Source: Lama guanicoe
Lineage: Eukaryota
Length of the DNA: 64,000 nucleotides
Reading direction: 5' to 3'
Assembly: GCA_013239625.1 (NCBI GenBank)
Contig: MU053934.1
Location: forward strand, 7,210,399 to 7,274,398
In this document: one piece after another, positions 39,501-52,790 of the stretch
Numbering within the stretch: position 1 is the stretch's first letter
Layout: each line of letters begins with the position of its first letter
Notes under the pieces: generated by a model
Databases searched by the model: none
What the model saw: the letters and a program-made list of their open reading frames with translations, nothing else
What the model was told of the DNA's origin: nothing
Position numbers and translations under genes: made by a program

Positions 39501-39984
39501 GGTTTGTTGTGGGACAGACAGAATCAGGAACTGAGTGAGGGTCTAATGGCCCTAAAGGTTATTTCGTACAGTGATAGACACTAAGGCTGGAAAAGGCTAA
39601 GCTACAAGCCAAAAAATGCTTCTGGAGATGACTTCGGTGTACTCAGCCACACCAAGACAGGCTTTCTAAAACTAAAGGCATGGCAGTTATCTTTCAGAGT
39701 ATGTGCTTTAACTAAATTTATGCAGCACAAAAATATGGTCATGAAAGACCTTTTCTGGAATATTTTCTTCCACTAAGGAAGAATCAACACCCGAGTTCTA
39801 GCAAAGCAAGCTGACTGTCTCTCCTTGTTATCAGCTAGCATGACAGAAAACTCTGCTTTGCCCCAGATCCCCCACCACTTAAGTGTTCTTGGTGATGGGA
39901 AGGGCAATTATAACAAGGCATAGGAGCCTCCTTCATTTTTTTTAATCCAACAAACACAGCCTGCTCAATAAACATGTATGTAGT

Positions 39985-40170
39985 ACTTATGGTTAATCAT
40001 GAAAATAATCCTACAACGGTAAGTATTGTTACCACCTCCATTTTCCAGGTGAGGTAACTGAGGTATATTACTTGCCCTGTGGCCCTGAGCTGGTACGTCA
40101 TGGGGCCTGGATTGGAACCCAGGCAGTCAGCCTCCCGAGTCTGGCTGTTAACCTCTGCACCACACTGCCT
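39985..40170 (-). mobile_element. MIR SINE
   Basis: ctccattttccaggtgaggtaactgagg...acttgccc...ggattggaacccaggcagtc. Confidence 0.7.
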
Positions 40171-41049
40171 CTCCATCGTGGCCTCCTTGAAGGATCAGAA
40201 ATGGGTCTCAGAGCTGCTGCTTAATAAAAATTTTGTATGAACTAAATTAAGAATGCAGATAGCAGTAAGACTATGAAGTAACGAGACCAGTTTTCCAGGG
40301 TGGTCAGGGCACTTTCTCCCTCCCCATAACTTTGGCCACACCTCAGTGTGGCTTCCTGGCAGGAGTCAAGCTCTCCTGTCCCTCTGGCAGCTCGCCTATC
40401 CTGAGGCAGGGGTACAGTCCCTGAGGTGGTGCTGGGACAGAAACACTGCTCCAGAGAACCCCACGTGCTAACCTCTAGCATGTGGAGCCTAAACTGGTAT
40501 TTCCACTTCTGATCTGGTTTCTGTCACCAGACTTGAAACAATTGGGCACTCATTCAACAAACATTAGAACCAGGCACAGTGTTTAGGGCCTCAGGGCCCC
40601 ATGATTGAAAAGCCAAAGTCCCTGCCCTGCATTGCTCACAGTGCATGGGCCGGGCAGAAGTCTAAGTAAATTAGAATGGCATGAGCTGAGAAATGCTAGA
40701 ACCAATGTGCCCCAAGGGCTGAGGGAACACTGCGATGGGAGCTTCACAAAGCAGGGGACACAACTGGGGACACAGGTTCTGCAAGTGCTTACCACCAACC
40801 TACTCAAACCATGTGGATTACAGCAGAAAAAAATTCCAGAAGCAGAGAGTCCAGCAAGTTAGCTGAAGACTACCAGTGCCATCCATTACCTCAACCATTA
40901 CTACCGGCGGCTGAGTACACGCACAACAGCAGGGGGACTGGAGTGAACAGTCGTTAACCTCGCGTAACTCACAGACATCAGGACAACATTGACCAGGCTA
41001 CCTCTTCTGTCTGGTACCTTTGTCATATGATTGTCACACGGTGGAAACA

Positions 41050-41240
41050 GCTACCTTTACCAAGCTCTTTTAAAAGACTCCATAAGATAGGTACTACTAC
41101 CCCTGTTTTACAGAAAGGAAACCACCACAGAGAAGTTTAGTGACCTGCCCAAGGTCACCCAGCTAATAATGGCAGAACAGGGATTCAAACTCAGGATTAC
41201 CTGATACTTCAAAGTCCATCCTCTTTCTACTACACTCTTA
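41050..41240 (-). mobile_element. MIR SINE
   Basis: ttttacagaaaggaaacc...agagaagtttagtgacctgcccaaggtcacccagctaataatggcagaacagggattcaaactcagg. Confidence 0.75.
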
Positions 41241-41391
41241 TGCCTCCCATGGAACTAGAGCTGTGAGGAGAATTAGGATATTTAGCAACAGGTCATGTCA
41301 TATGGGGAAAGAATAAAATTTCTATGATGTCAGTTTTCCCCCCATTCCTCTATTGGTCTGTCCTTGCTCTAATACCACACTTTTTAAAAAA

Positions 41392-41602
41392 ACAGCTTTT
41401 TTGAGATTTAATTCACATAATATACAATACAGCCACTTAAAGTGTACAATTCAATGGTTTTTAGTAAATTCACAGATATGGCAACCATCACCCCAGTCAA
41501 TTTTAGCACATTTTCATCACCTCAAAAAGAAATCAGGTACTCTTTAGCTATCCCCCCTCTCCCCATCCCCTTATGTCTTCCCCCAGCCCTAAGGAACCAC
41601 TG
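41392..41602 (-). mobile_element. L1MB-type 3' end fragment
   Basis: acagcttttttgagatttaattcacataat...ttaaagtgtacaattcaatggtttttagt...ccccagccctaaggaaccact. Confidence 0.8.
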
Positions 41603-42304
41603 CCTCTAACAAGGTGATTCTTAAAGAGGTTATGGGCACACAGTAATCGGGTTGTTAATAAAATAGCACAAATTGCAGTTCTGTGCTTCATTCCCCCCAA
41701 CTGGGCTAAAAGCTAAGAACTGAGCCAGGACAGAGCAAGGGAACAGCCAGACAACTCAGAGGCAGGGGCTGGGGTGAGACGTGGGGGTACCTGGCAGCCC
41801 CACACCAGATGAACTCAGCAGTTCACGTCTCTGAATTTAGCAAGCCCTAAATGCAGAGCTAAGCCATCTAGCACCTGAAAGGATGGCAGAAGTCATGCAA
41901 AAACCCTAGAAGAGCCTCTCAGGTCACAAGTCCTTAAACCATTAGGACTGCCCATCCCCCTACCTCCAGACAGGCAAGCACCAAGATGATACAGGCTGCC
42001 ACAAGCTGGGGAAAACCAGAATAGCGTTGTTCTGAGAAGCCAAACTACTCAGGACTAGCAAGACTCAAGGCTTTGATGAACAGGTGACTCCCCAAATCTC
42101 AGCTTGTCTATTTGCTCTTTCTCTCAGCCTTCCTCAAGTGCTGAGGAGAGTTGGGGGAAGAGGGAACTACAAACAGACCATTCGTACACTCCTGGGGAGC
42201 CCTGATTTCTCTGCCACACTTCTCCACATAAGACATCAAAACCCAGCTGTGTGCAGCATCAAAACACAGTGGGAAACTACTTGGCTCTTAGAAGGAATGA
42301 GCTA

Positions 42305-42560
42305 CTGATAGATGTAATGTGAGTGAATCACAGAAACATAACAGCGAGTAAAAGAAGCCAGACACAAAAGGTACACACTGTGTGTCACAGATTTACATGA
42401 ACTTCTAAACCTAGCAAGACTAATCTAGAGTGACATCAGTGTGTGCCTGGGGCCAGGGAACTCACTGCACAGGGGCACAAGGAACTTTTTGAAGTGATGG
42501 AAATGATATATGTCTTGACTGCGACAGCGGCTACACAGGCGTATCCATTTGTCAAAGTGG
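42305..42560 (+). mobile_element. Old L1 (L1MC/MD-type) 3' UTR fragment
   Basis: gagtaaaagaagccagacacaaaag...gggcacaaggaactttttgaagtgatggaaatg...catttgtcaaa. Confidence 0.65.
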
Positions 42561-44409
42561 GTAGATGGGAGAGAAGACAGGAGAGGAGAGAAGAAAGAAA
42601 AAGAGGCAGAAAGGCATCCTCTACAGAACTCTCTCCTGCTCCCAGCATCTGCATCAGCAGTACAACAGCCAATGACATTCACTAGGAACAGCACTGCCAG
42701 GTGCATCTGCTTCAAAGACTAAATGCAGTAAGTTCTACGTAATGTTAGTACTAAGTGTATTTTATTAGGTCTCAATTATTAGAATAACTGATTCCCTAAC
42801 ATAGACAAATGATTGTGAGGAGCCCAAACGGTCCACTTTCTAACCAGGTAAGCTCAGTTCTCTCCATTGTCACTGCAGTAAAAGTGTGACGGTGCCAGCC
42901 AGCGACTTAGAAATGGCAGCTCTCAGTGACAGGTTTCAATGGCTGTTTGACAATCAGTAAACAAGTAAAATCTAATACGATAATTACAGGTATTAGCTTT
43001 TCTTTTTTTTTTCCAAATGATAAGTAAATCTTACATTCTAGAAAACTACCATGTTCATAAATAGGTTATATAAAGACATTCAGATAGGTCAATCTTTTCT
43101 TACTGTTTTTGTTTCTTGGTTGGGGAGAGGGTAGTTGCTATGTTCAAATCCTACTTATTAGCCTTTCATATTTTTCATGAACCAAGACATAAATACAGCC
43201 ATCTTACCTCTACTCTTCCCACATATACACATTAAAAAATGATAAGCCAAGCCAAATTTCTAACATTTGCAATCAAAGTAGGTGCCAGGAGAAGCTGAGC
43301 TAAGTACTAGTTCTATCTCTGGCAAAGTGGGGAAAAAAAAAAGTTAAAACCTTTTATATAAGCTTCTTTGCTTCTCTGGCACTTGCCCAAAGCTTTAAAA
43401 AAAAAAAAAGCCAGACTAATTAAAGCAGAAAGCCCAATTAAGAAAAACTTCAAAGCACCAATGTGATAGAAAAAAAATGTTAATTTCTTTTCTTACACGT
43501 TTTATAAACGCCAGCATGAGAAGCAGCGCCTGGACTTTAACACAACATCTCTGTGGTTAAGATGTCACAGAGCCCGACCCCACCCCACCCTGCCCCAATC
43601 CTGGGAATGGCTCGAGCCCACTATGGGCAACACACCCAAGGAAGAAGTGCTGAATTCAAAAGAGAAGTGGTGAGCAAGGGCTGTGGTGAGTTTTGGGGTA
43701 CTCTCAGGAATAAAGTTAGGGATACGCTGTGCCAATGTTTTATTGGAGGTTTACTGCTGTGATTTTCCCCCTAGTTTATTTATAGGTACCTTCTCTCTGC
43801 TAAACTCTGGAAGTCACAAACTAAATAATTCACCACACTTTTCCTTAAGTAGCTTAAAGTTTAGTAGGGTGGACAGACACGCACCCAGAGGACCACACAA
43901 TGTGACAAGTGCTATGTAACAGAACCAAGCAGGAGCGAAGGGGGTTGAGGGGCCAGGAAGAGATCTGGGGAAACTTCACAGAAGAGGGAGCACTGTGCTG
44001 AGTCGGGGAAGAAGGGGTTGTGTTTCCTCTGGCTAAGGCTTCCTCTTCCCCAAGGGGACAGGGCGGGGCAGGGCATCAGACGGAAGCGCCCGACTTCACT
44101 GACCAGCGTCTTTCATTAAGAAACGCCCAACACAAGGCTGCCCACGAAGTACATTTAAGAAAAGAAAAAAACCTACCACTTCACATTATTCCATTTCAAA
44201 GGTATTTTAATATTTTTAAAAGTATTTTAACACTAAAAAGCAGGTCATGTAACTTCAGAATAGATGAAAAGCCTCAAACTAAATACCTTCAGCTTTGTAA
44301 AAAATAATTACACGTTTGGTATCTTGACTGCACCACAGTGAAAATACAATAAACTTGTGTTCAGAAACTCTGCAAATAGAGGATAAAATTAGGGACTATT
44401 TTATGACAT

Positions 44410-44570
44410 TTTATACACATTTGTCAGGATCTTTACATACAATGATTCCACACATCGTGATAACCCGGCAAGGCGGGAGTACTGCCCCTAGTTCTCAGGT
44501 GAGGAAGCTACAGCCGAGGGAGGTGGCGTGCCCGAGGTCACACAGCAGCCGCAGTGCGCCGGTGCAACTG
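44410..44570 (-). mobile_element. MIR SINE (unusually CpG-rich copy)
   Basis: caggtgaggaagctacagccgagggaggtggcgtgcccgaggtcacacagc. Confidence 0.6.
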
Positions 44571-44839
44571 CCAGGCTTGGTAACCTTCGACGGCGGAGCC
44601 CGCTTGGGCCCCACAAACACGCGGTAGGAGATTCTAGGTGATCTCTGAGGTCCTTATCAGAACTAAACATCTATTTTACTGCTGCTGCTTTGGGGATGGC
44701 AAAGGAAGAATTCAGTTCGGGCACATTTCATGTATTTTTTTTGTGGTCCCAAACAATCAACTCAAATCCTCTGTGAAAACAGGAGAGGTATAAGTATGTA
44801 AATACATGAAGCCATGATTACAAGCATTCCATAAGTTAC

Positions 44840-44868
44840 CTTCTCCTTCCTCCTTCTCCTCTTCAGAA
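44840..44868 (-). other. Candidate 29-nt purine-rich microexon
   Basis: Minus strand reads tcttttccgtctttcccatcgtcttaTGCttaccgcag|TTCTGAAGAGGAGAAGGAGGAAGGAGAAG|gtaact; an upstream acceptor would give a 79-nt version ending at 44918. Confidence 0.55.
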
Positions 44869-45080
44869 CTGCGGTAAGCATAAGACGATGGGAAAGACGG
44901 AAAAGACCAAGAACCTCTCTGCGCCAAGAAATAAGAAACATTTGAACTCTTATTCAAGATTTTCAATACCGTACTTCAATTTGATATGTAATGAGAATAG
45001 ATTAAGTGTTTAATAAATGAATCTAAAGCCTGTAGGCACTGTTGAGTGTTATATAAATTCAAGTTAAAAGACATGGTCTC

Positions 45081-45203
45081 AGGGTGGAGGGTATATAGCT
45101 CAGTAGCAGAGCACATGTTTAACATGCACAAAGTCCTAGGTTCAATCCCCAGTACCACCATTATAAATAAATAAATTTAATTACTTCCCTCCACCAAAAA
45201 AAA
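45081..45203 (+). mobile_element. Camelid tRNA-derived SINE (Vic-1-like)
   Basis: A box (tagctcagtag) and B box (ggttcaatccc), taaa-repeat and A tail; perfect 15-bp TSD aaaagacatggtctc at 45066-45080 and 45204-45218, preceded by tt (canonical TT/AAAA L1 endonuclease site). Confidence 0.92.
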
Positions 45204-48129
45204 AAAAGACATGGTCTCTAACCTTTAAAAGCTTCCATTCTCAGTCTGAAATATGATTATAAATATAATATCAACTACAAACTTAGAAGTGTACCTTGTT
45301 TCACAAATTTTACGTTTTTCTTCTACTTTTACCATTTAAAATTGAAGTCTACTGTACTAAACAATCTTTTAACACAATGTTCCCAGTCCTACTTCAGCAT
45401 GGGATGAGATTCTGCCATGTGAGGACACAGGCTACATAACCCTAGAAGCTGGTCCCCTACAGGGCCCTCAAGACATCTGCATGGGGAAAGCAGAGCTGAA
45501 AAGGGCCAAGCAACAGAAAGGCGCAGAGGTGAGCAGATGTAGGACCTCGGCAAGTTTCTAAGCCTCCTGCTCCTCTACCTGTAACATGAAGACGGCCTCA
45601 GTTACCACCTGCGAAAATTAAGAGAGATATTATACACGTAATGTATTTTTAAATGGTAGCCATGGTGACCATCTCCTGATGGCAGAACTAGAAGCTCCTG
45701 AGCTTCTGAGGATGCTGATCACAACTAAAGTCAGGGAAGGGTCAAAGGGGCCTCTCCAAGGACAGGGTTGAAACAAGGTAGGCACGTACTTAGGTGGCAG
45801 CAGCATAAAGTTAACTCCCAGGAAATTCCGACAGCAAGCAATCAGTAAATGTCAGAAAAATCAGTGAATCAATGCCACAATAACCCAAAGGAAACAAATC
45901 CACAATGACCACAAGGGGCGAAGTATGGATATGGACGGGCTGGTTCAGAAGGTCTTATGAAGGAAAACAAAGTGAGGGGACTTTGCCAAGAGGCTGACTG
46001 GGCTGAGCACCTGAGAGTGCCAAATCCAGAAGCGCTCTTGTGGACATGCTGCGAGCAACCTGGCAGGAGTCACAGGGAGAAAGCAAGCCACTCAGCCTGG
46101 CAGTGGGCGAGCTGCATTTGTGACAGGTGACCCGTCTTAAAACGAGAGGCACATCTCCCATGTGTGAAACTGAGCTAAAGATGGCGGGTTACAAAATAGT
46201 TTAAACAGTATGACCCCATTTGTTTTTAAAAATCACATTTGTGTGTGTGAAGTGCTCATCAAGATGTCGACAGTGATTTTCTCCTTTGAAAAATGCTTAT
46301 TTGTATTTTACAAAGTACATGCACTGATTTTATAATGAAGGAATAAATGAGTTCCTTTATGAGTTTTTACACCTGGACAGATGACACCAAGGCAGAGTTC
46401 GAAAGGGCTGTCCAGAGCCCCACTGCTGCACAGAGGGGGTCTGGGACACAACAGTCACAAGTCCTCTGTAAACCAACAGATTCAGAGAGGTCACAGGCAA
46501 ACCCCTGCCTGCAGGGCTTTCATAACATCCCCCATGCTGGATAAATGGAGGGAGGAGTGTCACCTGTGGCTGGCTTCACCAATTTTGCAATATTTCTTGG
46601 GGTAAAGAGAAGATATGTGATTCCTGAGCACTCCACATTATTTACTCCATAAAGTCTGAGATTTTGCAAACCATTTCTGTAAAGAAACATAAGTTCTAGG
46701 AAGAGTCAACACTCTCTAGCTGCATCCAGAAGAAGCAGGTGCTAGTCCCAGCCTCAAACCTGCAATCTCACCCACAGTGTGGAGGTTCTTTAAAACCTCC
46801 ACATTACATCAATTAATTCCACAAAGAGGCAGGTCTAAGGGAGGCATCTGGTGTATAAGCAAGTCTTAGTTTGCTGGATGAACAGAACCAAATGAAGAGG
46901 CCCAACCCTGGCACCATCCACACACAGGGAGGGAGGACACTCTCACCAGCCAGACAGCCCCTTCCCTAAAGGGGACAGAGACCCCAGTCTCCTCACAGTC
47001 GACATGACCCACAGAGCTGGTGATCACCAAACCCCAACAATTAACATGCACAAAGACCTGCAACAGGTAAGACGAGCTGGACCCACACACTGGAAGCAGG
47101 GCTAGGGGTAATTTTATAAACAGTCACAAGTTAGGACTGACTTCTGGAGCCAAGATCTTACAGTGCGGTCCCACCAAGTGTGCTTAGGTAATTCGTGCAG
47201 CGTGCACTCCCACAACTCATAGCTCAGTGATTGTGTTCACAGGTTAGCCGAGGGAACACAAAGACAGCGAGTTTACACTGTGCTTGTTCCCTCAGTACGC
47301 CCTTCACAACCCACTCACGATCCCTGGCCTCTTAGAAAGTGTCCTGGGGTTCAGGAGGATGACTTAAATCTTTCAATGGAATCAGTATTTCTCTACTACA
47401 CTCACTGAAAGACCAGACATTCATAATTTGTAAGGCCAAAATACTGCACATATAAGCAATAGACCACATCCAAATCCATTAGATTCAAATGTTTTTTCCA
47501 ACAAATCAGTGTGACAATAAATGGTAAAGGTTTTCTTTCTGTTCCATAAATATATTCCAACTAATTTGTAACCCCATTTTAATTGGAAGTATTTCCTGAT
47601 GGCACACCAATGATTTTTCTTCTTCAAAGGTGTCAAGAAATATTATTACATAGTTATTAGCAGCAGCACCTAACGTTTGTTTAGATGCAAGTTTTTCTTC
47701 CTATCAAGGACTTGGGGAAGAACCAAATACATTTAAGACGGGTAACAGCCTGAACAACTCTGGCAACAACCAACATCATAACACCTCCACAATCAAAACA
47801 ATATGGGATTCATTATATCTGTAAATTGGAAACATTTTTCTCTTTATTTTTTATGGAAAATGTCAAACATGAAAAGTAGACGGACTAGAATAACCCCTAC
47901 TTTCAATTAGCAATACATGGACAATCTTGTTTCACCTGTGAATGTGAAAATTGCTAAATGCTCATAGAAGAATGCAACTAAAATATGTCTTTACATGACC
48001 CAGCAGGTCCACAGCTCATGTCCTCATGCTGGGAAGAGGCACAAAGCAAGCAGAACAGGGATCCCGGCCTGGAAGGCCTAGCAACCTAATGGGGAACCAG
48101 AGCCACATACAACACGTATAAAATCAAGG

Positions 48130-48650
48130 AGTAAAAATACTAAGCCTGCGAGGTGAACCTCTCCAGTGATAAGACATGTTCACATCACTGTAGTCCTTGA
48201 TAAGACAGGATGAGGATGGCCTTTCACCTCCCAACTCATAAGCCCAGTCTAATAATGTAAAAAAAAAAAAACAAGTAAATCCAAATGAGGAGCATTTCAC
48301 AAAACATCTGACTAGCACTCTTCAAAAACTCTCAAGGTTGTGAAAACCAAGGAAAGACAGAAACTGTCAAAGATGGAGGAGACTAAGGAATTTTGACAAC
48401 TAAATGCAATGTGATATCCTGGATCCTGGAACAAAGAATCTCAGTGGAAAAACTGGTGAAATCCAAGTAAAGTCTGCAGTTTAGTTAATAACATTTTACC
48501 AATGTTAATTTCTTAATTTTGACAAATGTGCCGTGCTTAGTTAAGCTGTTAACGTTAGGGAAAACTGGGTGAAAAGTATACGGGGAATTTCTATGTTATC
48601 TTTGCAATTTTATCATCTATCTAAAAGTTTTCCAAAATAAAAAGCTTATT
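48130..48650 (+). mobile_element. L1MC3/4-type 3' UTR
   Basis: gacaactaaatgcaatgtgatatcctggat...ggaaaaactggtgaaatcc...accaatgttaatttcttaattttgacaaatg...ccaaaataaaaag. Confidence 0.75.
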
Positions 48651-49429
48651 ACAGAAATAAAAATTTCAACTGGCTAATGAATTTCATTATATCCTTCACA
48701 AGAAAAAGTCAGTGACAATATGGTTTTCATTTTAAAATTCAGCCCAAGAAGATGAAACTTAAAAAAAAATAATAATTTGTTAAAAAGTCTCAAAGAAAGT
48801 AAGCATCTTGAAATGAAGGCAGGGCTCCCTGTAAGCTAAAGGCCACACTGGGTGATTGATAGCAGTGTCCAGCAGGACAGAGAGCATTTGACTGTGATAA
48901 TGAATTGTGCTGAGAGCCAGTGACTTCCTAACCACAAGCCTGTGCCCGCCTGGTCTCCTCGCTCCAATCACAGCAGTGATGGTCAGGGGCCAACCCAGTC
49001 TCCCTGCACCCACAGTCTCCCCATCCCCTCCCCTCCAGCCTACCCTCAAAGCACCTCTCCACATTCACTCAGCAATCTCTGAGGGGCTGAAGGTTATAGC
49101 TAAGCTGAAAATAATAAAAGGGGGAGGTATTACAAACCACCATGTAGTAATTCATTTTAAAAAACAGTTGTTTATATGTCTCTAGAGAAAAGACTATGAT
49201 CAGAACTGTACACTAGGAAACCTGAAGTTGCAGATCTGAACAAGGGAGGGGCTGGAAGCAGCAGCAGCAGCAAATTCTACCTTCAGTCTTTCTGACCTGG
49301 AGACCATGTTTGGAACAACCAAGCCTGTGAGGGCCCACTCATGTTTTTAAATAGCTTTGTATGAGCTTCTTGTAACAAGGTCATCCTATGTCTGAAACAG
49401 GACACAATTCTAGAAACAAAAGCACATAC

Positions 49430-49478
49430 CTGGATTGTCAAACTATGAACAGCATGTGGGGATTTCATTCATTATGAA
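49430..49478 (-). other. Candidate 49-nt exon
   Basis: Minus strand reads cttacttttgtgtctttctaaatctag|TTCATAATG...ACAATCCAG|gtatgt. Confidence 0.35.
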
Positions 49479-51024
49479 CTAGATTTAGAAAGACACAAAA
49501 GTAAGCACTTGTGACTGAGCAGCCAGATGTCTGCCCATGCACTGCTGCAGACACTCCTTGCACTTGAATGTCAGCCCGAAGAATCTATATGAAATATTCC
49601 TGCCCAAGATGCCCTGCAACAAAATTACTGAAAGGCAAAGAGAGAAAACCAGACTGATATTTTAAATACTCTTTAAAAGAGAAGAATAAGACAATCTAAA
49701 AAAGGTTGTACTTGTTCTCCGTAACGATTAGAAAATGATAGAATCTGCCATGTTTCTCATCAAGGAGGCAATCCCTCTTGAGCAATTTCATTATTTCTGC
49801 TTATCTAGTAACTGAAGAGTGTCATGCAAAATGCAGGTCAGAACTTCCCCAGTGCTCTGAATCATGCAACTGGGAATCTGTACAATAATGTCATTGCTCA
49901 GCATCCCTCCATTTAGGCTTCATCATTTAATGTCCCGTTAAAAAAGAGGCAATATATGCCTTTTCCACTCATTTTTAAATGTTTTATTAAACTATAAACT
50001 TTCCAAATATGCCCTGGACTTTACTCATTTGTCAGTTGCAGAATTCATGGACAAGCTCTCAGGCCACATGCCTGAGCTCTGGCAGGTTTGACAAGCCCTG
50101 CACTGGTGCCAGGCACCCAGCGGGGTGGGCACTCCCCACTTGAAGCTGCTGCGGAAGCAGGCTGCTGCTCTCCATCCAGTCTTAGGCCTGTGCCTGTCCT
50201 CCCTCTCCCTCTCCCATCATGCCTCACTGCCCTTGTTTCCTTGGCACCTAGGACAGGGCTTATTAGCACCTAGGGGTACAGAATATGCCAAAAGAAGAAA
50301 GAAAAAAAAACCATGAGAGAAATGGCAGACTCACCCCTGGGCACACACAGCTCAGGTGTGAATGCCAAGCCTCAGAAATAGAAGGGCATCCTCAACCCGC
50401 TGCCTAAACAAATCCCAGCTCACAACCTACCGGCTGTGGAACCACAAGCTGACTTCACGCTGAGCCTCAGTTTCCTCAAATGTAAAAAGATCAGCGCCTC
50501 CCATCTCTTTTCCTTCTCTCTCCACACAAGGCAGCCATCTGGAGCAAGAACATCCACTCTACAGACCCAGCTGAGGAGGCTGTGCCAAGCCTAGCAGGTA
50601 GGTCAGGGAGAATTAGCAAGTCCACCGGCTGGCGCTGCATATGAGCCACACTGCACCATATCCATGGCACCTGTTACGAAGGTGGTGTCTGGGTCACATT
50701 CTGACTCTCCCGTATCACTGTCTCACAGGTCCGAACCTGAGTCAGTTTAACTTATCAACTCCCTCAAACCCAATGCCAATGCTCAATTATTAGCACTTAT
50801 TAAATTCCTATCACATGCTCATCACAAAGTAAGTGCTTTTAAGGGAGATACAAAGACCCTTTAAGACAAAAAAAAAAAATCCCCATCCCTGTGATTTGTT
50901 CATCGGTAAGATAAAACTAAAATACTTCTGTTAAAATGCAGAATGGCAGAAGGGAGGCTTGCTTCTTCTTGTGGTGTGTTGACCAGGTACAGACTGGAAA
51001 CAGACCCACAGGCTGGGGGAGAGA

Positions 51025-51215
51025 CGGATGGAGACTTGTTCAATGGGGACAGAGATTCAGTTTGGGAAGTTGAGAAAGTTCTGGAGATGGATGGTGGTAG
51101 CAGCTGCACAACAATGCGAATGTACTTAATGCCACAAAATTGTACACTTAAAAATGGTCAAAATGATAAATTTTATGTTATGTACATTTTACCACAAACA
51201 CAAAAAGTTAATTTA
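51025..51215 (+). mobile_element. L1MB-type 3' end
   Basis: aatggggacagagattcagtttgggaag...gttctggagatggatggtgg...atgtacttaatgccac...ttttatgttatgtacattttaccacaa. Confidence 0.85.
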
Positions 51216-51279
51216 GAAAAAAAAGACACAGACCCGCACATTTCTAGACTTCCTAAGTGACAGAGGTAGGGTCTCAAGG

Positions 51280-52700
51280 TGCAGGAAAGCCAGTCACTAG
51301 CGATGCTCATTCAATTATCCGCTCAGATGGAAAAGTAAAGAAAGCTGGATTTTTACCTCACACCAAACCCAAAATCAGTTACGAATCAACTGCAGAAAGA
51401 CTAAGGGTTAATATGAATTTCTCTTCAAATTTCTCTTAAAATTGTTGAGAGAAAATACAGAAGAATATCTTTATGGCCTTGAGGCAGAGAAGGATTTCCT
51501 TTAAAGAGTCCTTAAAAATACCTATCATAAAAGAGAAGATTACTATAGTCAACTACATTGAAACTTAAAATGTTTAACAAAAGACAACATAATGAAAGTG
51601 GAAAGACATGCACAAACTAGGAGACAATTCCTAAACTTCATATAATCAATAAATTGATTGGTATACAGAATATACAAAAAACCAATACGAATCAATAAGA
51701 AAAATACAGACAACCCAAAGAAAAATGGGAGAAGACCAGATCAGGCGTGTTACCAAAGAGAACCCATGAATTGTTAACACTGTGTGGAAAGAGGCTCATC
51801 CTCCTCAGTAACCAGGTAAGCTCAGGCCAGAACGAGACAACACCTGACATCACTAGGTGGGTACAATAAAGAAGCGTGACAGCCTGTCTGGGCGAGGATA
51901 TGGGCAACAGAAACCTGCATATGTGGCAGGTGGGAGAGTTAACTGGCACATCACCTGGGGGGCTGAGGGGGCATCTCTGCCTGTTAAGTACACTCGACCC
52001 CAGAAGGCAGAAGTGTAAACCTTAGAGAAATGAGTGTGCCAGGAGACCAGTATAAAGAAGGTTCATAGACACAAAACTCCTAATGGTCAAAAAAAAAAAA
52101 AATGGAAGCAACCCAATGTCTGCTGACAGGGGGATGATAAATTGTGGCCTATACATGTGATGGTGAATTTTACATGTCATGAAATGCCCAGATAATTCAT
52201 CAAACATTATTCTGGGCGTTTCTGTGAGGGTGTTCTCAGATAAGATTGACATTTTAATTGGTAAAGTAGATTGTCCTTCACAGTGTTGGTGAGCCTCAAT
52301 CCAATCAGTTAAAAGCCTGGATAGAATTTAAAAAAACAACCATCCCCAAGTAAGAGGGAATTCTCCACCTGTCAGCCTTTGGTCTTCATCTGCACCATCA
52401 AGTCTCCTAGGTCCTGGGCTCCAGCCTCTGCAAGGAACTGGAACTGCACTACTGGCTCCCCTGGGCCGAGCCTGCTGGCCCGTGCTGTAGATTAGGGACT
52501 GTTGTCTCCATAATCACCTGAGCCAGCTCCTCAAAACAAATCTCTCTCTGTATACACAGAGATCCTACTGCTTCTGTTTCTCTGGAGAACCCTAACACAA
52601 TACATTTATATTGTATGGAATATTATTCAGTAGTAAAAATGAAAGTTGCAGGTTACTTGATTCTCTTTTTATAAAGCTCATAAACAACAACTGAATTTAT
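51280..52700 (+). mobile_element. Very old L1 (L1ME-like) ORF2 3' region, interrupted by an MLT2 LTR
   Basis: Decayed ORF2 motifs (acctcacacc, gaatatctttatggccttgagg, cagaatatacaaaaa, ggaagcaacccaatgtc, atggaatattattcagtagtaaaaatga). Confidence 0.6.
52156..52599 (+). mobile_element. MLT2 (ERVL) solo LTR
   Basis: TG...CA termini (tgtgatggtgaatttta ... tctgtttctctggagaaccctaacaca) with 5-bp TSD ataca at 52151-52155 and 52600-52604. Confidence 0.85.
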
Positions 52701-52710
52701 TATTTATAGG

Positions 52711-52747
52711 TATATATATATGTATGCATACATATGTGTGTGTGCGT

Positions 52748-52786
<39 letters not shown>
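52711..52786. repeat. (TA)/(TG)n microsatellite
   Basis: Direct reading. Confidence 0.95.

Positions 52787-52790
<4 letters not shown>

Noticed and set aside
45081..45160. tRNA gene
   Set aside because: It has an A-rich tail and a 15-bp TSD, so it is a tRNA-derived SINE.
587..50745. About ten AP-1 (TGASTCA) motifs and one CRE (TGACGTCA at 11665)
   Set aside because: The count is close to chance for 64 kb (about 8 expected for the 7-mer pair at uniform composition) and there is no clustering.
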